Source of the DNA: a phage
Sequence record: PZ445446.1
DNA: 64,000 bases
Direction: 5' to 3' (one strand)
Shown here: positions 9,723 to 18,490 of the stretch, piece by piece
Layout: the number at the start of each line of letters is the position of its first letter
Numbering within the stretch: position 1 is the first letter of the stretch
Translations under genes and position numbers: made by a program
The notes under the pieces: model-generated
Told to the model about the DNA's origin: nothing
Seen by the model: the letters and a program-made list of their open reading frames with translations, nothing else
Databases searched by the model: none

Positions 9723-10948
9723 TGAGCGTTATTCAACAATTTGCTAACCCGATGAATCCGCGTGAAACTGTTTTACTGGCTCACGGCATGATTAAACGTG
9801 TCAGCATCAAACCTATCAAAGGTGCTGATCCTACAACAGGTATTAAAACCACTGTGTGGCAAGGTAAGAAAATTGAGTCCAGCCACACCATCTCTTTACT
9901 GATTTCTGAACTGGATTCCTCTGATAACCTGCTTCAAGGTGGTGAAGAAGTCTGGATCAGTATGGGTGATAAACTGCTTAAACCGGGTCATCAAGACTCT
10001 GTCTCTGTTAAAATTGATGACAAGTGGGAAACCGTAACACCGGGATGGATCGTAAATATCCCTTTGAAGGCAAACGAGCATAACGGTAAGACCTATTACA
10101 AAGGCTCACTGGCTAAGATGGTCAAGCTGGGGGCAGGAGAGGCTCCAGCAGCGACTCAGCAGCAAAAACAGCAACAAGGTGCACAATCACAAGGCCAGAA
10201 GCAGAAACCTCAGCAGAATGCCAATCAGGACGTTTTACGCATCTATGGTGATGTGACTCAGATTGTTGGCAACGTGGTTACTGTTAATGACCACAAGATT
10301 GGCGAAGGTGCTATGGTTGTCACTGATGAGCAGCTTAAAGACCTGGTGGTAGGTGGTCGTGTTGCAGCCATTGTTGACAAAGACACCGGAAACATTATCA
10401 GTGGTTTCAAAGCCTATCCACCTAAGTCAGAGAACGGCACCCAAGGCTCTGGTGGCAAGCGTAAATCCTCTTACGACCCTATTGGTGTGGAGACGGGACA
10501 TAGCATCAATGCGTTGCAAATCATCCTAGATCGCGGGTTTAAGGTGGACGACCCACTAAGCGTGGCTAAAACACTGCACGTAGTCACCATTGAGCTTAAG
10601 AAAGAGTATGCTCAAGCCACCAACCGAACTGAGGATGAAGTAGGTGCCAGTGTCGGTAATGCGGTGTTGAACGCTTGTCGCCGTATTGACAAGAAAACGA
10701 AAGTTGATGATTTTGCAGCGGCAATTACTGCAGAAGCAAAAGATGTCTTGACTAATCTGGCTGAGCCGTTGTACGATTGGATCAAGAACGGTGCTGGGTC
10801 AACTGACCATCAAGAACCTCAGGCTGCCAAACAGGAAGCAGCTCCACAGCAAAATACTGTAGACGCTCCTCCTGTAAATGATGAGGAAGATGACCCGATG
10901 GATCAGAATCCAGCACAGTACGCCTTTGATGATGACATCCCATTCTAA
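9722..10948 (+). CDS. putative ssDNA-binding protein with SSB-like acidic C-terminal tip
   Basis: Q/G-rich low-complexity linker followed by C-terminal DDDIPF identical to E. coli SSB tip; position in replication module. Confidence 0.45.
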   Translation: MSVIQQFANPMNPRETVLLAHGMIKRVSIKPIKGADPTTGIKTTVWQGKKIESSHTISLLISELDSSDNLLQGGEEVWISMGDKLLKPGHQDSVSVKIDDKWETVTPGWIVNIPLKANEHNGKTYYKGSLAKMVKLGAGEAPAATQQQKQQQGAQSQGQKQKPQQNANQDVLRIYGDVTQIVGNVVTVNDHKIGEGAMVVTDEQLKDLVVGGRVAAIVDKDTGNIISGFKAYPPKSENGTQGSGGKRKSSYDPIGVETGHSINALQIILDRGFKVDDPLSVAKTLHVVTIELKKEYAQATNRTEDEVGASVGNAVLNACRRIDKKTKVDDFAAAITAEAKDVLTNLAEPLYDWIKNGAGSTDHQEPQAAKQEAAPQQNTVDAPPVNDEEDDPMDQNPAQYAFDDDIPF

Positions 10949-10963
10949 CATATAGTTAACATA

Positions 10964-10991
10964 GCCCTGCCCGAAAGGGTGGGGCATTTTT
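10964..10991 (+). terminator. intrinsic terminator (same hairpin as 818..845)
   Basis: GCCCTGCCCGAAAGGGTGGGGC then ATTTTT, directly after SSB-like gene. Confidence 0.6.
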
Positions 10992-11010
10992 GTATAAGGA
11001 GATCTGAAAA

Positions 11011-11427
11011 ATGACATTAGAAGATATCATTGTTAAGCCTGAGAACTATGACCAATACAACCTGTCAACTCAATCTGTAGACCTTGGATGCGCCACGGTC
11101 AGTGCGTGGCTGGTTAACGGAAAAGAGCTGGATAAATGCTTAGAAGCTCACATGTCTATTAACAAGTTTCTGGATGAAAATACTCACTGGCTTGAGGGTG
11201 CAGGCGTATATGCTTCATGGTTGGAGAGTATGGGATTCGACTACCAATCTGAAGAGGGGTGGTGGAGCTATTTAGCTATCTGCCCAGAGACGCTGCAATG
11301 CTTCATGAAATATTCTGAAGATTTAGAGTATCGCGCTGTGGTTGACAGTGCTATTGCCCGTTATAGCCGTAAACCTTTTTCCCACGACATTAAAACTGTG
11401 GAAGAATTTGTTGAAGTTTTCTGTTGA
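11011..11427 (+). CDS. hypothetical protein
   Basis: ORF track 138 aa; AAGGAG RBS. Confidence 0.55.
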   Translation: MTLEDIIVKPENYDQYNLSTQSVDLGCATVSAWLVNGKELDKCLEAHMSINKFLDENTHWLEGAGVYASWLESMGFDYQSEEGWWSYLAICPETLQCFMKYSEDLEYRAVVDSAIARYSRKPFSHDIKTVEEFVEVFC

Positions 11428-11455
11428 CACAGGTTGAAAGGTGTGCAATTATAAC
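11424..11455 (+). promoter_or_regulatory. sigma70-like promoter candidate
   Basis: TTGACA 11424-11429 and AATTATAAC about 17-20 bp downstream. Confidence 0.35.
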
Positions 11456-11523
11456 TTCATAGAACGGGAGGACGTGATGAACGAAGAAAACTGGGATGTA
11501 TAACTAACAGGAGGCCACTGCCC

Positions 11524-11721
11524 ATGATTTATCGAATCCGTGTAAGAGAAGATGCACCAGGCTGTTACTTTGACTGGCGTGGGTGGTGGTTTCTCCACCC
11601 GATGGATGGACTCACAGATAGAATGCTGGATGCTGCCCTTTATACAGATACCGACATAGAATATAATCTCTATCTGAAGGACGGTATAGATAACGGTCTA
11701 TTTGAAGCAATTCCTGTGTAA
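11524..11721 (+). CDS. hypothetical protein
   Basis: ORF track 65 aa; AGGAGG RBS. Confidence 0.5.
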   Translation: MIYRIRVREDAPGCYFDWRGWWFLHPMDGLTDRMLDAALYTDTDIEYNLYLKDGIDNGLFEAIPV

Positions 11722-11789
11722 GAGACTGTGATAGCCATGTTTTATGATCTTCCTGTAGCACCACCACCTGTTGAACCTGGAGAACTAAG

Positions 11790-12215
11790 ATGATCTATGA
11801 AATGCCAAAACTGATTCGTGACGATGCCCAAAACGCTCACACCATTATTATGGGCAAACGCATGGATATTATTTGTCATAAAGATTTCTGGGAAGGAAGT
11901 TACTTCACAGAGTATTTTGGTAAACTGGACAATGGTCTGCTGATCCAGTTCTACACCGATGCGGAAAACAACATTCACTGGGAGTTCGAAACTGAAGATA
12001 TCCATAAACTTTTCACCTTCCTCGGTATTAAGGTTGAGGCCAAGTTTGAAGAAGGTGAGTGCGACGATTGTGGATTCTATGAGGTAACAGATTTCTACCT
12101 TCCAAGTGGTAAAAATCTCTACTACGAAAGCCACTTCGGCAACTCAAATATGCCACAGGGTTGGGATGAGTTTTTGGAAATTGCAGAAGAGGAGCTGAAA
12201 TACCGTGATTATTGA
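11790..12215 (+). CDS. hypothetical protein
   Basis: ORF track 141 aa. Confidence 0.5.
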   Translation: MIYEMPKLIRDDAQNAHTIIMGKRMDIICHKDFWEGSYFTEYFGKLDNGLLIQFYTDAENNIHWEFETEDIHKLFTFLGIKVEAKFEEGECDDCGFYEVTDFYLPSGKNLYYESHFGNSNMPQGWDEFLEIAEEELKYRDY

Positions 12216-12663
12216 TACTGTAAAGGGAGATCTAATCTCCATTTTCAAGAAAGGGTCAGGCCACATGATCCACGGTTGTAACTGCTTTCACACAATGGGT
12301 GCAGGTATAGCGAAAGATATTGCCCGTGAGTTCCCTCAAGCACTGGCAGCCGACAAAGAGACTGCTTATGGTAATCTAGACAAGCTGGGTATGTTTTCTT
12401 GTTGGGAGCATTTTGCCAAGACCAGGGTCGTATATGGAATCAACCTGTATACCCAGTTCTACCCAGGGCCCAATGCTGAATACTTCTCAATCATGAAAGG
12501 TTTTGAGCGAGTCAACGAGGTATTCAAAGGTATGTCATTGCCGTTCTACATTCCTAAAATCGGATGCGGTATTGGAGGTCTAAAGTGGGAACATGTAGAA
12601 GATGTAATTAATCTTGCAACCACAGATATTGATGTGGTTGTAGTAGAGTACAAAAAGTGTTGA
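12205..12663 (+). CDS. macro domain protein (ADP-ribose binding/processing)
   Basis: HGCNCFHTMGAGIAK signature typical of macro domains; 152 aa. Confidence 0.7.
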   Translation: MIIDTVKGDLISIFKKGSGHMIHGCNCFHTMGAGIAKDIAREFPQALAADKETAYGNLDKLGMFSCWEHFAKTRVVYGINLYTQFYPGPNAEYFSIMKGFERVNEVFKGMSLPFYIPKIGCGIGGLKWEHVEDVINLATTDIDVVVVEYKKC

Positions 12664-12914
12664 CGACCATCTTCTGAGGTGATATAGTTTCCACAACAAC
12701 TAAAAGAGGAGAGCACTGTGGAGACTAAAATCTTAATTCTTGCTGTGGTAGATACAACCGAAGGAGCTATATTCGAATCTGCAGGAGGGTATTTCTACCT
12801 ACCATACGGAAAAAGAACTTCCGAGCCAAGTAAAGATTCAATCCTCAAAGTGTTCCCGTGTGCTTTCTGGCTGGAGATTTTGGTATAAGATTGCAGATGA
12901 TTTGGGAGAGAATT

Positions 12915-13109
12915 ATGAGAAACAAGAAAGAACTTTACTCTGGTGAGTGGATCAACGATCAACAGGTGGGAGAGGTAACCTGCTTCCGATGTTTTACCAG
13001 GTACAATCTTAAAACTGCACCAAAAAGTGTTCCAAAGACTGATGGTTATTATATAAAAGAACCTCATTGCCCAAAATGTAAATGCCGATTGTACTGGAGC
13101 AATCTGTAA
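12915..13109 (+). CDS. small zinc-ribbon-like protein
   Basis: Track ORF trimmed to ATG 12915 after GGGAGAG; CFRC ... CPKCKC cysteine pairs. Confidence 0.45.
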   Translation: MRNKKELYSGEWINDQQVGEVTCFRCFTRYNLKTAPKSVPKTDGYYIKEPHCPKCKCRLYWSNL

Positions 13110-13113
13110 GAGG

Positions 13114-13141
13114 TTGACATCTGAAAACTGCAGTGTATAAT
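13114..13141 (+). promoter_or_regulatory. sigma70 consensus-like promoter
   Basis: TTGACA 13114-13119, 16-bp spacer, TATAAT 13136-13141, TG just upstream of -10. Confidence 0.55.
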
Positions 13142-13172
13142 ATACGCATAAACTAACAGAGAGCGATGTATT

Positions 13173-13364
13173 ATGGTAATTTTTAACCGGGATGGTATCA
13201 TAGTTAGACAGCACCCGTTCCTTGAATACTATCAAATTGAGCAATGGTGCTACGGGGATTGCAGTCACTCCTATGGGCAAAGTTGGGGATACCGTACAGT
13301 TTTTGAATCCACAGACCTTGACAAAGTAAGACAGAAAGTTTTAGAACTTATTAACAACAAGTGA
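13173..13364 (+). CDS. hypothetical protein
   Basis: ORF track 63 aa downstream of promoter. Confidence 0.5.
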   Translation: MVIFNRDGIIVRQHPFLEYYQIEQWCYGDCSHSYGQSWGYRTVFESTDLDKVRQKVLELINNK

Positions 13365-13371
13365 GTATGAT

Positions 13372-13704
13372 ATGGTAACATTAGAAAGACGTAAAGCTAT
13401 TGCCGCCACACTGGCAGACATCTTTTGGGATTGTAATTTAAAATCTACCCGAAATTGTGGCGCATCTGTAGATGTATTATTCCCACGGCCTACTATTGTT
13501 GCAATGGGCAACCTTCTTGATGTGGTATATGGAGCATGGGACAAGGAAGGTGGATTCTATATCTGGCAACCTGACTACGGGACTTGGAAAGAGGTTAGTG
13601 GTTCTACGGACTTCACTCCTGCAGTGGCTAAAATGGATGGCTGGAAAATCTATGTCGGTAACGACATGGAACTGAAAGGCGAAATTGTTTACTGGTTACC
13701 TTAA
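13372..13704 (+). CDS. hypothetical protein
   Basis: ORF track 110 aa. Confidence 0.5.
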   Translation: MVTLERRKAIAATLADIFWDCNLKSTRNCGASVDVLFPRPTIVAMGNLLDVVYGAWDKEGGFYIWQPDYGTWKEVSGSTDFTPAVAKMDGWKIYVGNDMELKGEIVYWLP

Positions 13705-13724
13705 GAAAGTGCAGGAGATAAAGT

Positions 13725-13970
13725 ATGAACAAAGGGTGGACATTTGTAGACGGCGTTGAAAACATGCCTCTAGGAAAGTATATTGTAGCCATGGCAGATG
13801 AGAATGGCAAGGTTGATTTCGGAGCTTGCGAGATTGTTCTTGCAGGATCTGGTGACCATGTGCACAAAACTGGGATAATTAACGGTCATTTCTACTTTGA
13901 TTACAACCCTGTTGTGGCGTATATGGCTATGCCAGAGTTAGAGCTCCCAAAGGAGGGTGCAGATGTTTAA
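13725..13970 (+). CDS. hypothetical protein
   Basis: ORF track 81 aa; GGAG RBS. Confidence 0.5.
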   Translation: MNKGWTFVDGVENMPLGKYIVAMADENGKVDFGACEIVLAGSGDHVHKTGIINGHFYFDYNPVVAYMAMPELELPKEGADV

Positions 13971-14160
13971 GCTTAAATCTGCATGGAACATCGCTGTGGG
14001 GGATGAGATCCGCATCCCAGGTGGAAAGACCATTATGAAGATATCACGTATCGAGTATGAAGGTGATCGTGTATTTCATATCTTTGCAGAAGATGGTCGA
14101 GAAATTTATATACAGGCAGGCTCTCACATCTATATCAGTAAGAAAGGGGACGACAAATGA
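13957..14160 (+). CDS. hypothetical protein
   Basis: ORF track 67 aa; overlapping start. Confidence 0.45.
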   Translation: MQMFKLKSAWNIAVGDEIRIPGGKTIMKISRIEYEGDRVFHIFAEDGREIYIQAGSHIYISKKGDDK

Positions 14161-14489
14161 CAGAGATCATCGTTTCAACTGCAGGGTATGTATTCCTGAC
14201 AATCATTGCGTTGGCTATTCTGGTGGCGGTGTATGGATTTGTTATCCTGCCTATTCTTGAGACATTTAGCTTGTGTCGGTGTTGGAGAAAAGCTTACGGA
14301 CCACAACCGTGGAAAGACTGGTTTCATTTGGTGCGTATAGCGTTCTCTTATGCCTATGATCACTCCAGCAGTGCATGCGTAACCGGGTACCATGCCTACA
14401 ACTGGAACTGGGAAGGGCTTGGGAGATGGACTGTTACAAAAACTATACCCTTACGGTTGTATAAAGGAAAGAACACACTGGGAGCCTGA
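14157..14489 (+). CDS. hypothetical membrane protein
   Basis: ORF track 110 aa; hydrophobic N-terminal segment IIALAILVAVYGFVILPIL. Confidence 0.5.
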   Translation: MTEIIVSTAGYVFLTIIALAILVAVYGFVILPILETFSLCRCWRKAYGPQPWKDWFHLVRIAFSYAYDHSSSACVTGYHAYNWNWEGLGRWTVTKTIPLRLYKGKNTLGA

Positions 14490-14797
14490 TATTTTAAGTT
14501 ATCAGATTGCCAGAGATCAGGAGGATTTCTAAAATGGATTTCCTCCTTTTGATATTTTACCTACCAGGATATTTTAAAATCCTTAGAAAATCAGAAAATG
14601 GATCGAAAACTAAAATGGATTTTTCAGAGCAGGCACGACGAGATGAACCACTCATCCTATCGTCTGCACCATATTCCAGACCACCATTACAGATTTCCCG
14701 CACATGCTCACACCCTTCTACTAGAACTTCCCCCACTTACCCTTGACCTTTTATAGTAATAATCCAACCACTACCTTGAAGTTGTGGCGCAGCTTTC

Positions 14798-14990
14798 CAA
14801 GTACTCGATCTGTTTTTCGTTTCAAAGATTGAATTTTCTGAAAATTTTTCTCGATAAATTTCTCAGTACTCGATCTGTTTTTCGTTTTCTGAATCGGATT
14901 TTCTGGAAATCGTTCCGGCTCTCGACCTGAAATTTTTGGGGACGAAATCGATTTTTCGTTTTCAGAAATGGATTTTTAAAATTTCTATAT
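14798..14990. repeat. about three imperfect tandem copies of a ~66-bp unit (iteron-like)
   Basis: AGTACTCGATCTGTTTTTCGTTT perfect at 14800-14823 and 14865-14888; degenerate third copy; AAAATGGATTT recurs nearby. Confidence 0.6.
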
Positions 14991-15117
14991 GGGAATATTT
15001 TAGTGGATACTATTTTATAGGAAATTGTTACGGAGGATAATTAGCGTGCTAATTAAATTTATTAAATGCGAGGAGTTCTCATTTAGAATTTTGAATGATA
15101 ATCATTCTCGTTTGCAG

Positions 15118-15165
15118 AATAACGGGCAGGCCCGGTGATTGTCTCCCGGCCCCTACTGCCCCGGC
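15118..15165 (+). repeat. GC-rich structured element copy A
   Basis: GGGCAGGCCCGGTGATTGTCTCCCGG...; homologous to 15255 and inverted copy at 24225. Confidence 0.5.
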
Positions 15166-15254
15166 TTGTTATTATAGTAACACACAGGACAAAGAAAGCA
15201 AGAAGTTTTTGCATAAATTTTTAGACGATAATGATAATCGTTCTCATTTCATGC

Positions 15255-15300
15255 AGCGCCCATCCCCGGTGGTTGTCTCCCCCGTCACCGGTGCCTGCCG
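15255..15300 (+). repeat. GC-rich structured element copy B
   Basis: CCCCGGTGGTTGTCTCCCCCGTCACCGGTGCCTGCCG; internal CCGGTG/CACCGG stem. Confidence 0.5.
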
Positions 15301-15353
15301 TCCTTTCGATAGGTATATTTTGCCACCTGGCGGGGCCGCTGTCAACACTTTTC

Positions 15354-15367
15354 AAAAAAAAAAAAAA
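15354..15367 (+). repeat. A14 homopolymer tract
   Basis: 14 consecutive A in non-coding region. Confidence 0.7.
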
Positions 15368-15509
15368 TTCTAACCTGATGCGCTGACCGCTGCAACCTGG
15401 CGGGGCCAGCCTGGCAGGGCCTAACTGACCAGGTAGGAGAGAATGAAGGCTTGCAAACCTGGTGGGCCTATGCTATAGGATAGGTAACAATTGAAGAGGA
15501 GGTACAAAA

Positions 15510-15646
15510 ATGGAAGGTAATATGATCCCCCTGGTTGAAAAGGCTATGGCGGGAGCGTTGGAACATAAAGAAGAGTACGAAAAAATGATGGTTAACCTGG
15601 CAGGGGCGGCGGCTGGAGAATTCTACCCAAAAAATAATTTTAACTA
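15510..15646 (+). CDS. small hypothetical protein (45 aa)
   Basis: GAGGAGG RBS 6 nt before ATG; below track cutoff; read by eye. Confidence 0.35.
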
Positions 15647-15650
15647 ATGG

Positions 15651-15679
15651 TTGACAGCTCGGACAGTTCTTGTTATTCT
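15651..15679 (+). promoter_or_regulatory. sigma70-like promoter candidate
   Basis: TTGACA 15651-15656, 17-bp spacer, TATTCT. Confidence 0.4.
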
Positions 15680-15732
15680 TATCCTCACAAGGTGAACAAC
15701 ACCACACCAATTAACAGAGAGGATAAAAAATC

Positions 15733-15930
15733 ATGAACGCCTACGGAATTAAAGTACGTCGCAACACTCGCCAGGTGGTCACCAATCAAGTGATTTGCCG
15801 GGTGGATGTAACCATCAACAACGGGCAAGGCCTTTATAAATTTCGTCGCGGTCATAGCTATACCCTGCAACAGCTTAACCGTTGCGCCCTGACAAAAGGT
15901 CAGATCAACCACTGGTTTAATAAAAAATAA
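15733..15930 (+). CDS. hypothetical protein
   Basis: ORF track 65 aa; leader GAGAGGATAAAAAATCATG. Confidence 0.55.
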   Translation: MNAYGIKVRRNTRQVVTNQVICRVDVTINNGQGLYKFRRGHSYTLQQLNRCALTKGQINHWFNKK

Positions 15931-15932
15931 TG

Positions 15933-15961
15933 TTGACATATGGTCTGACACAAAATACACT
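15933..15961 (+). promoter_or_regulatory. sigma70-like promoter candidate
   Basis: TTGACA 15933-15938, 17-bp spacer, TACACT. Confidence 0.4.
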
Positions 15962-15993
15962 GAAATCACAAAAGACACTAAGAGGATAAAATC

Positions 15994-16392
15994 ATGAAAA
16001 CCACTACCTTTAATTTTGATAATGCGGACTTTTCTTTTTCTGATGTCAAGAACTGCCGCCGTGATCGTGGATTTTACAAGGCTTATAATCTGGTGGGCCT
16101 GGACGATGACAATAATTTGCACGAAGTAGCTGAGATCCGGTATTATGCCGCCGCCAGTGGTAACACTCACTACTGCGTGTTTTGGATTCACGACAACAAG
16201 AACAATAAGTACGGTTATACTGGCGGCAAGGCGAGCGGTCACGGTTACGATAAAGCTAACGCAGCACTTGAGAGCGCATTAAATGCTATGGGGATCACTG
16301 CCGACGGCTGGATCTACGAAGAAGAGTTTTTGTCGGCACTTGCTGACCACCTGGGCTATAAAAAGCACATTGTGACATGCGCCCACGAATAA
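15994..16392 (+). CDS. hypothetical protein
   Basis: ORF track 132 aa; leader AGAGGATAAAATCATG. Confidence 0.55.
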   Translation: MKTTTFNFDNADFSFSDVKNCRRDRGFYKAYNLVGLDDDNNLHEVAEIRYYAAASGNTHYCVFWIHDNKNNKYGYTGGKASGHGYDKANAALESALNAMGITADGWIYEEEFLSALADHLGYKKHIVTCAHE

Positions 16393-16398
16393 AAATCA

Positions 16399-16427
16399 TT
16401 GACACGCTGCAAAATTTAAGTAAACTA
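16399..16427 (+). promoter_or_regulatory. sigma70-like promoter candidate
   Basis: TTGACA 16399-16404; followed by leader hairpin GGCGGGAATGTTTCCCGCC. Confidence 0.4.
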
Positions 16428-16475
16428 GACACAAAAGGCGGGAATGTTTCCCGCCAGCACAAAGGAAAAAAGATC

Positions 16476-16871
16476 ATGAATAAGAACGTACGCCGCATCA
16501 TGAACGAACTGGCAAACGATGAAAAAATTATTGACATGCATTTAGTCAACATTTGCCGCCGTTGTGTAACATATAACAACCGCGCCGCAAAAGCGCGTGA
16601 GATGAACGCAAAAGGCACCTTAAAGCCCTTTCAGGTGGTTGTAAAATCTATAACCAGTGCAGCAGGCCAGGCGCATGACCACAACAACGGGAGCACTAAT
16701 ATTGATCCGTCTTACGTAATGAAACGGATCCGGACTTGCAAGAATAAAGAGCAGGTGTATAATGTCATAGACTGGTTGGATTCTATGGGCGATGTGGTTT
16801 ACAATAGGTTTTCTGCAGCTATCGAGATCCAGCTTGACAGGTTGGACGGTAAAGTACTGAAAACTTACTAA
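16476..16871 (+). CDS. hypothetical protein
   Basis: Track ORF 16377..16871 trimmed to ATG 16476 after AAAGGAAAAAAGATC leader. Confidence 0.5.
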   Translation: MNKNVRRIMNELANDEKIIDMHLVNICRRCVTYNNRAAKAREMNAKGTLKPFQVVVKSITSAAGQAHDHNNGSTNIDPSYVMKRIRTCKNKEQVYNVIDWLDSMGDVVYNRFSAAIEIQLDRLDGKVLKTY

Positions 16872-16918
16872 GATTATTTTTAGATGGCCTTGACTTCAGG
16901 GCCATCAATAAAGTAAAC
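16872..16918 (+). promoter_or_regulatory. repeated palindromic TTGAC cassette, copy 1
   Basis: GATTATTTTTAGATGGCCTTGACTTCAGGGCCATCAATAAAGTAAAC directly after stop codon; ATGGCC/GGCCAT inverted repeat around TTGACT. Confidence 0.5.
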
Positions 16919-16951
16919 TAATCCCAGTTAAGCGAAAAAGGAGGCTTGAAG

Positions 16952-17071
16952 ATGAGCACTACACGCCAACACACAAAGGTAACGATTATCGTTTGCATCA
17001 TTGGTTACATCCTGGCGCAAATGTTGATGGGTAGCGCCAATGATTTCGCAAAATTTTTCTTAGACTTTTAA
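16952..17071 (+). CDS. small hydrophobic peptide (39 aa)
   Basis: Strong AAAAAGGAGG RBS 5 nt before ATG; hydrophobic core IIVCIIGYILAQMLM; read by eye. Confidence 0.45.
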   Translation: MSTTRQHTKVTIIVCIIGYILAQMLMGSANDFAKFFLDF

Positions 17072-17072
17072 T

Positions 17073-17100
17073 TGACAAGCTAACTTAAATCAGTATAATA
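17073..17100 (+). promoter_or_regulatory. sigma70 consensus-like promoter
   Basis: TTGACA 17073-17078, 15/16-bp spacer, TATAAT 17094-17099. Confidence 0.5.
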
Positions 17101-17151
17101 CTAAGCACATAAACGGGAAAACTTCCCAGAACACCAAAAGGAGAAAACATT

Positions 17152-17502
17152 ATGAATACTTCCATCACTATGACCGCCGAAGAAAAAGCCCTGCAGATCG
17201 CCGCTCTGAAAAAACAGATTGCAGAACTTGAAGACAAGATCGACAATTTTGAAATCGACGAAGACAAGTACGACGATAAATATGATGAATGGTTAGACGA
17301 GATCTACGGCGAAATTATGATCGGAAACATTTCTTTTCTTCCGTCGCGTATCCTCAAGGAGCTAGATCCTATCGCTTACCGCTGCGGATTTAGCGACTAC
17401 ATCGACAGCCTGGATATTGAGGACGATGAAGAATACCAGGAATTACAGACAGAGTTAGAAGAAGCAAAAGAAGAGCTTGCAGAACTGGAAGAAAACGAGT
17501 AA
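17152..17502 (+). CDS. hypothetical acidic coiled-coil protein
   Basis: ORF track 116 aa; AAAGGAGAAAACATTATG leader; very acidic. Confidence 0.55.
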   Translation: MNTSITMTAEEKALQIAALKKQIAELEDKIDNFEIDEDKYDDKYDEWLDEIYGEIMIGNISFLPSRILKELDPIAYRCGFSDYIDSLDIEDDEEYQELQTELEEAKEELAELEENE

Positions 17503-17550
17503 GATTATTTTTAGATGGCCTTGACTCCAGGGCCATCAATAAAGTAAACT
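17500..17550 (+). promoter_or_regulatory. repeated palindromic TTGAC cassette, copy 2
   Basis: Near-identical to 16872..16918; directly after stop codon. Confidence 0.5.
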
Positions 17551-17591
17551 TTATACTGTTAACACTGAACTAATGCATAGGAGTTAAAACC

Positions 17592-17837
17592 ATGGCAGCA
17601 CTAATCACCAAATATTATGCCCCTACCAACACCAAAAGCGCCCGTATCATGGTAAAAGGCTTCGGACGTAAAAAGGTGTACACCTGGGATTATGCCTTAG
17701 ACACGGAAGACAACTACACCAACGCGATGACCGATTTTATTAATGATCTGAACACGCGGATCTTGACAAATTATAAAATTACCGATATTGCCTATATAGG
17801 GGAAGGCGGGATCTGTTTTGTCGGTATCGTCAAATAA
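17592..17837 (+). CDS. hypothetical protein
   Basis: ORF track 81 aa; AGGAG RBS. Confidence 0.55.
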   Translation: MAALITKYYAPTNTKSARIMVKGFGRKKVYTWDYALDTEDNYTNAMTDFINDLNTRILTNYKITDIAYIGEGGICFVGIVK

Positions 17838-17839
17838 GC

Positions 17840-17885
17840 TGTTTTTTCGGTGGTCCTGGTAGCAGGGCCATCTATAAAGATAGTT
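17840..17885 (+). promoter_or_regulatory. variant of repeated palindromic cassette
   Basis: TTTTTTCGGTGGTCCTGGTAGCAGGGCCATCTATAAAGATAG; shares CAGGGCCATC..ATAAAG core. Confidence 0.35.
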
Positions 17886-17912
17886 TATCAATACAATGAA
17901 AGGAGAAAGTAC

Positions 17913-18266
17913 ATGATCAGCGGGGCAAGTTTTATTATTGGCGCTATTGCTACGGCTTTAATTGTAAACAAGATCCAATCTAAAAACGAAAAAGATAGCA
18001 ACGCCCTTACAGAATACCCGTTTTGGGTATTCAACGACAATGAAGACTATATTATCAAGTACAAGAATGAGAAGGGCGACCAGGTAACACCGCGACCGAT
18101 CCCGGCTTACAAGATGCAAGAAACACTATACCGCCTAAAGGCTGGAGGCGCAAAAATCGTAGACTTTTGGGGATACGATCACACAGATCAGGAAGTTATA
18201 AAGCGCCGTATCCGGGCTATTCAGGCCAATATTGAAGTTAGCAAGGGGGGAATATATGAAGATTAA
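17913..18266 (+). CDS. hypothetical protein with N-terminal TM segment
   Basis: Track ORF trimmed to ATG 17913 after AAAGGAGAAAG. Confidence 0.5.
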   Translation: MISGASFIIGAIATALIVNKIQSKNEKDSNALTEYPFWVFNDNEDYIIKYKNEKGDQVTPRPIPAYKMQETLYRLKAGGAKIVDFWGYDHTDQEVIKRRIRAIQANIEVSKGGIYED

Positions 18267-18453
18267 TTTTGAGAAGATTGTAAAGCGATCTCATGCTTCC
18301 GAAGAGCTGCCGGAACGCCGCCAGCGCAACAATAAACTGAATAAGCCAAAAAGATTTGGGAAGATCTGGCGGAATCATTATGATCGCAAATTACCGGGCC
18401 TGCTTTTGGAACGTGAACGACAGGCGGAACGATACCGCCACAAAGGCAAATAA
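18256..18453 (+). CDS. small basic protein
   Basis: Track ORF trimmed to ATG 18256 after AAGGGGGG; Arg/Lys-rich. Confidence 0.4.
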   Translation: MKINFEKIVKRSHASEELPERRQRNNKLNKPKRFGKIWRNHYDRKLPGLLLERERQAERYRHKGK

Positions 18454-18460
18454 CAACCAA

Positions 18461-18490
18461 CGCCCCGCCATTGTGCGGGGCTTTTTATTT
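18461..18490 (+). terminator. intrinsic terminator
   Basis: CCCCGCCATTGTGCGGGG hairpin then CTTTTTATTT. Confidence 0.6.

Noticed and set aside
14507-14746. Track ORF of 79 aa in the iteron-like region
   Set aside because: Overlaps AAAATGGATTT repeat motifs; Ser/Pro/Thr-rich low-complexity product; more likely non-coding, though not excluded.
14798-14990. CRISPR array
   Set aside because: Repeat unit is ~66 bp, AT-rich, imperfect and without uniform unique spacers; no cas genes in the window.
15095-15373. Track ORF of 92 aa spanning the GC-rich repeated elements
   Set aside because: Runs through two copies of a structured repeat and the A14 tract, has no RBS, and its low-complexity translation looks like a by-product of repeats.
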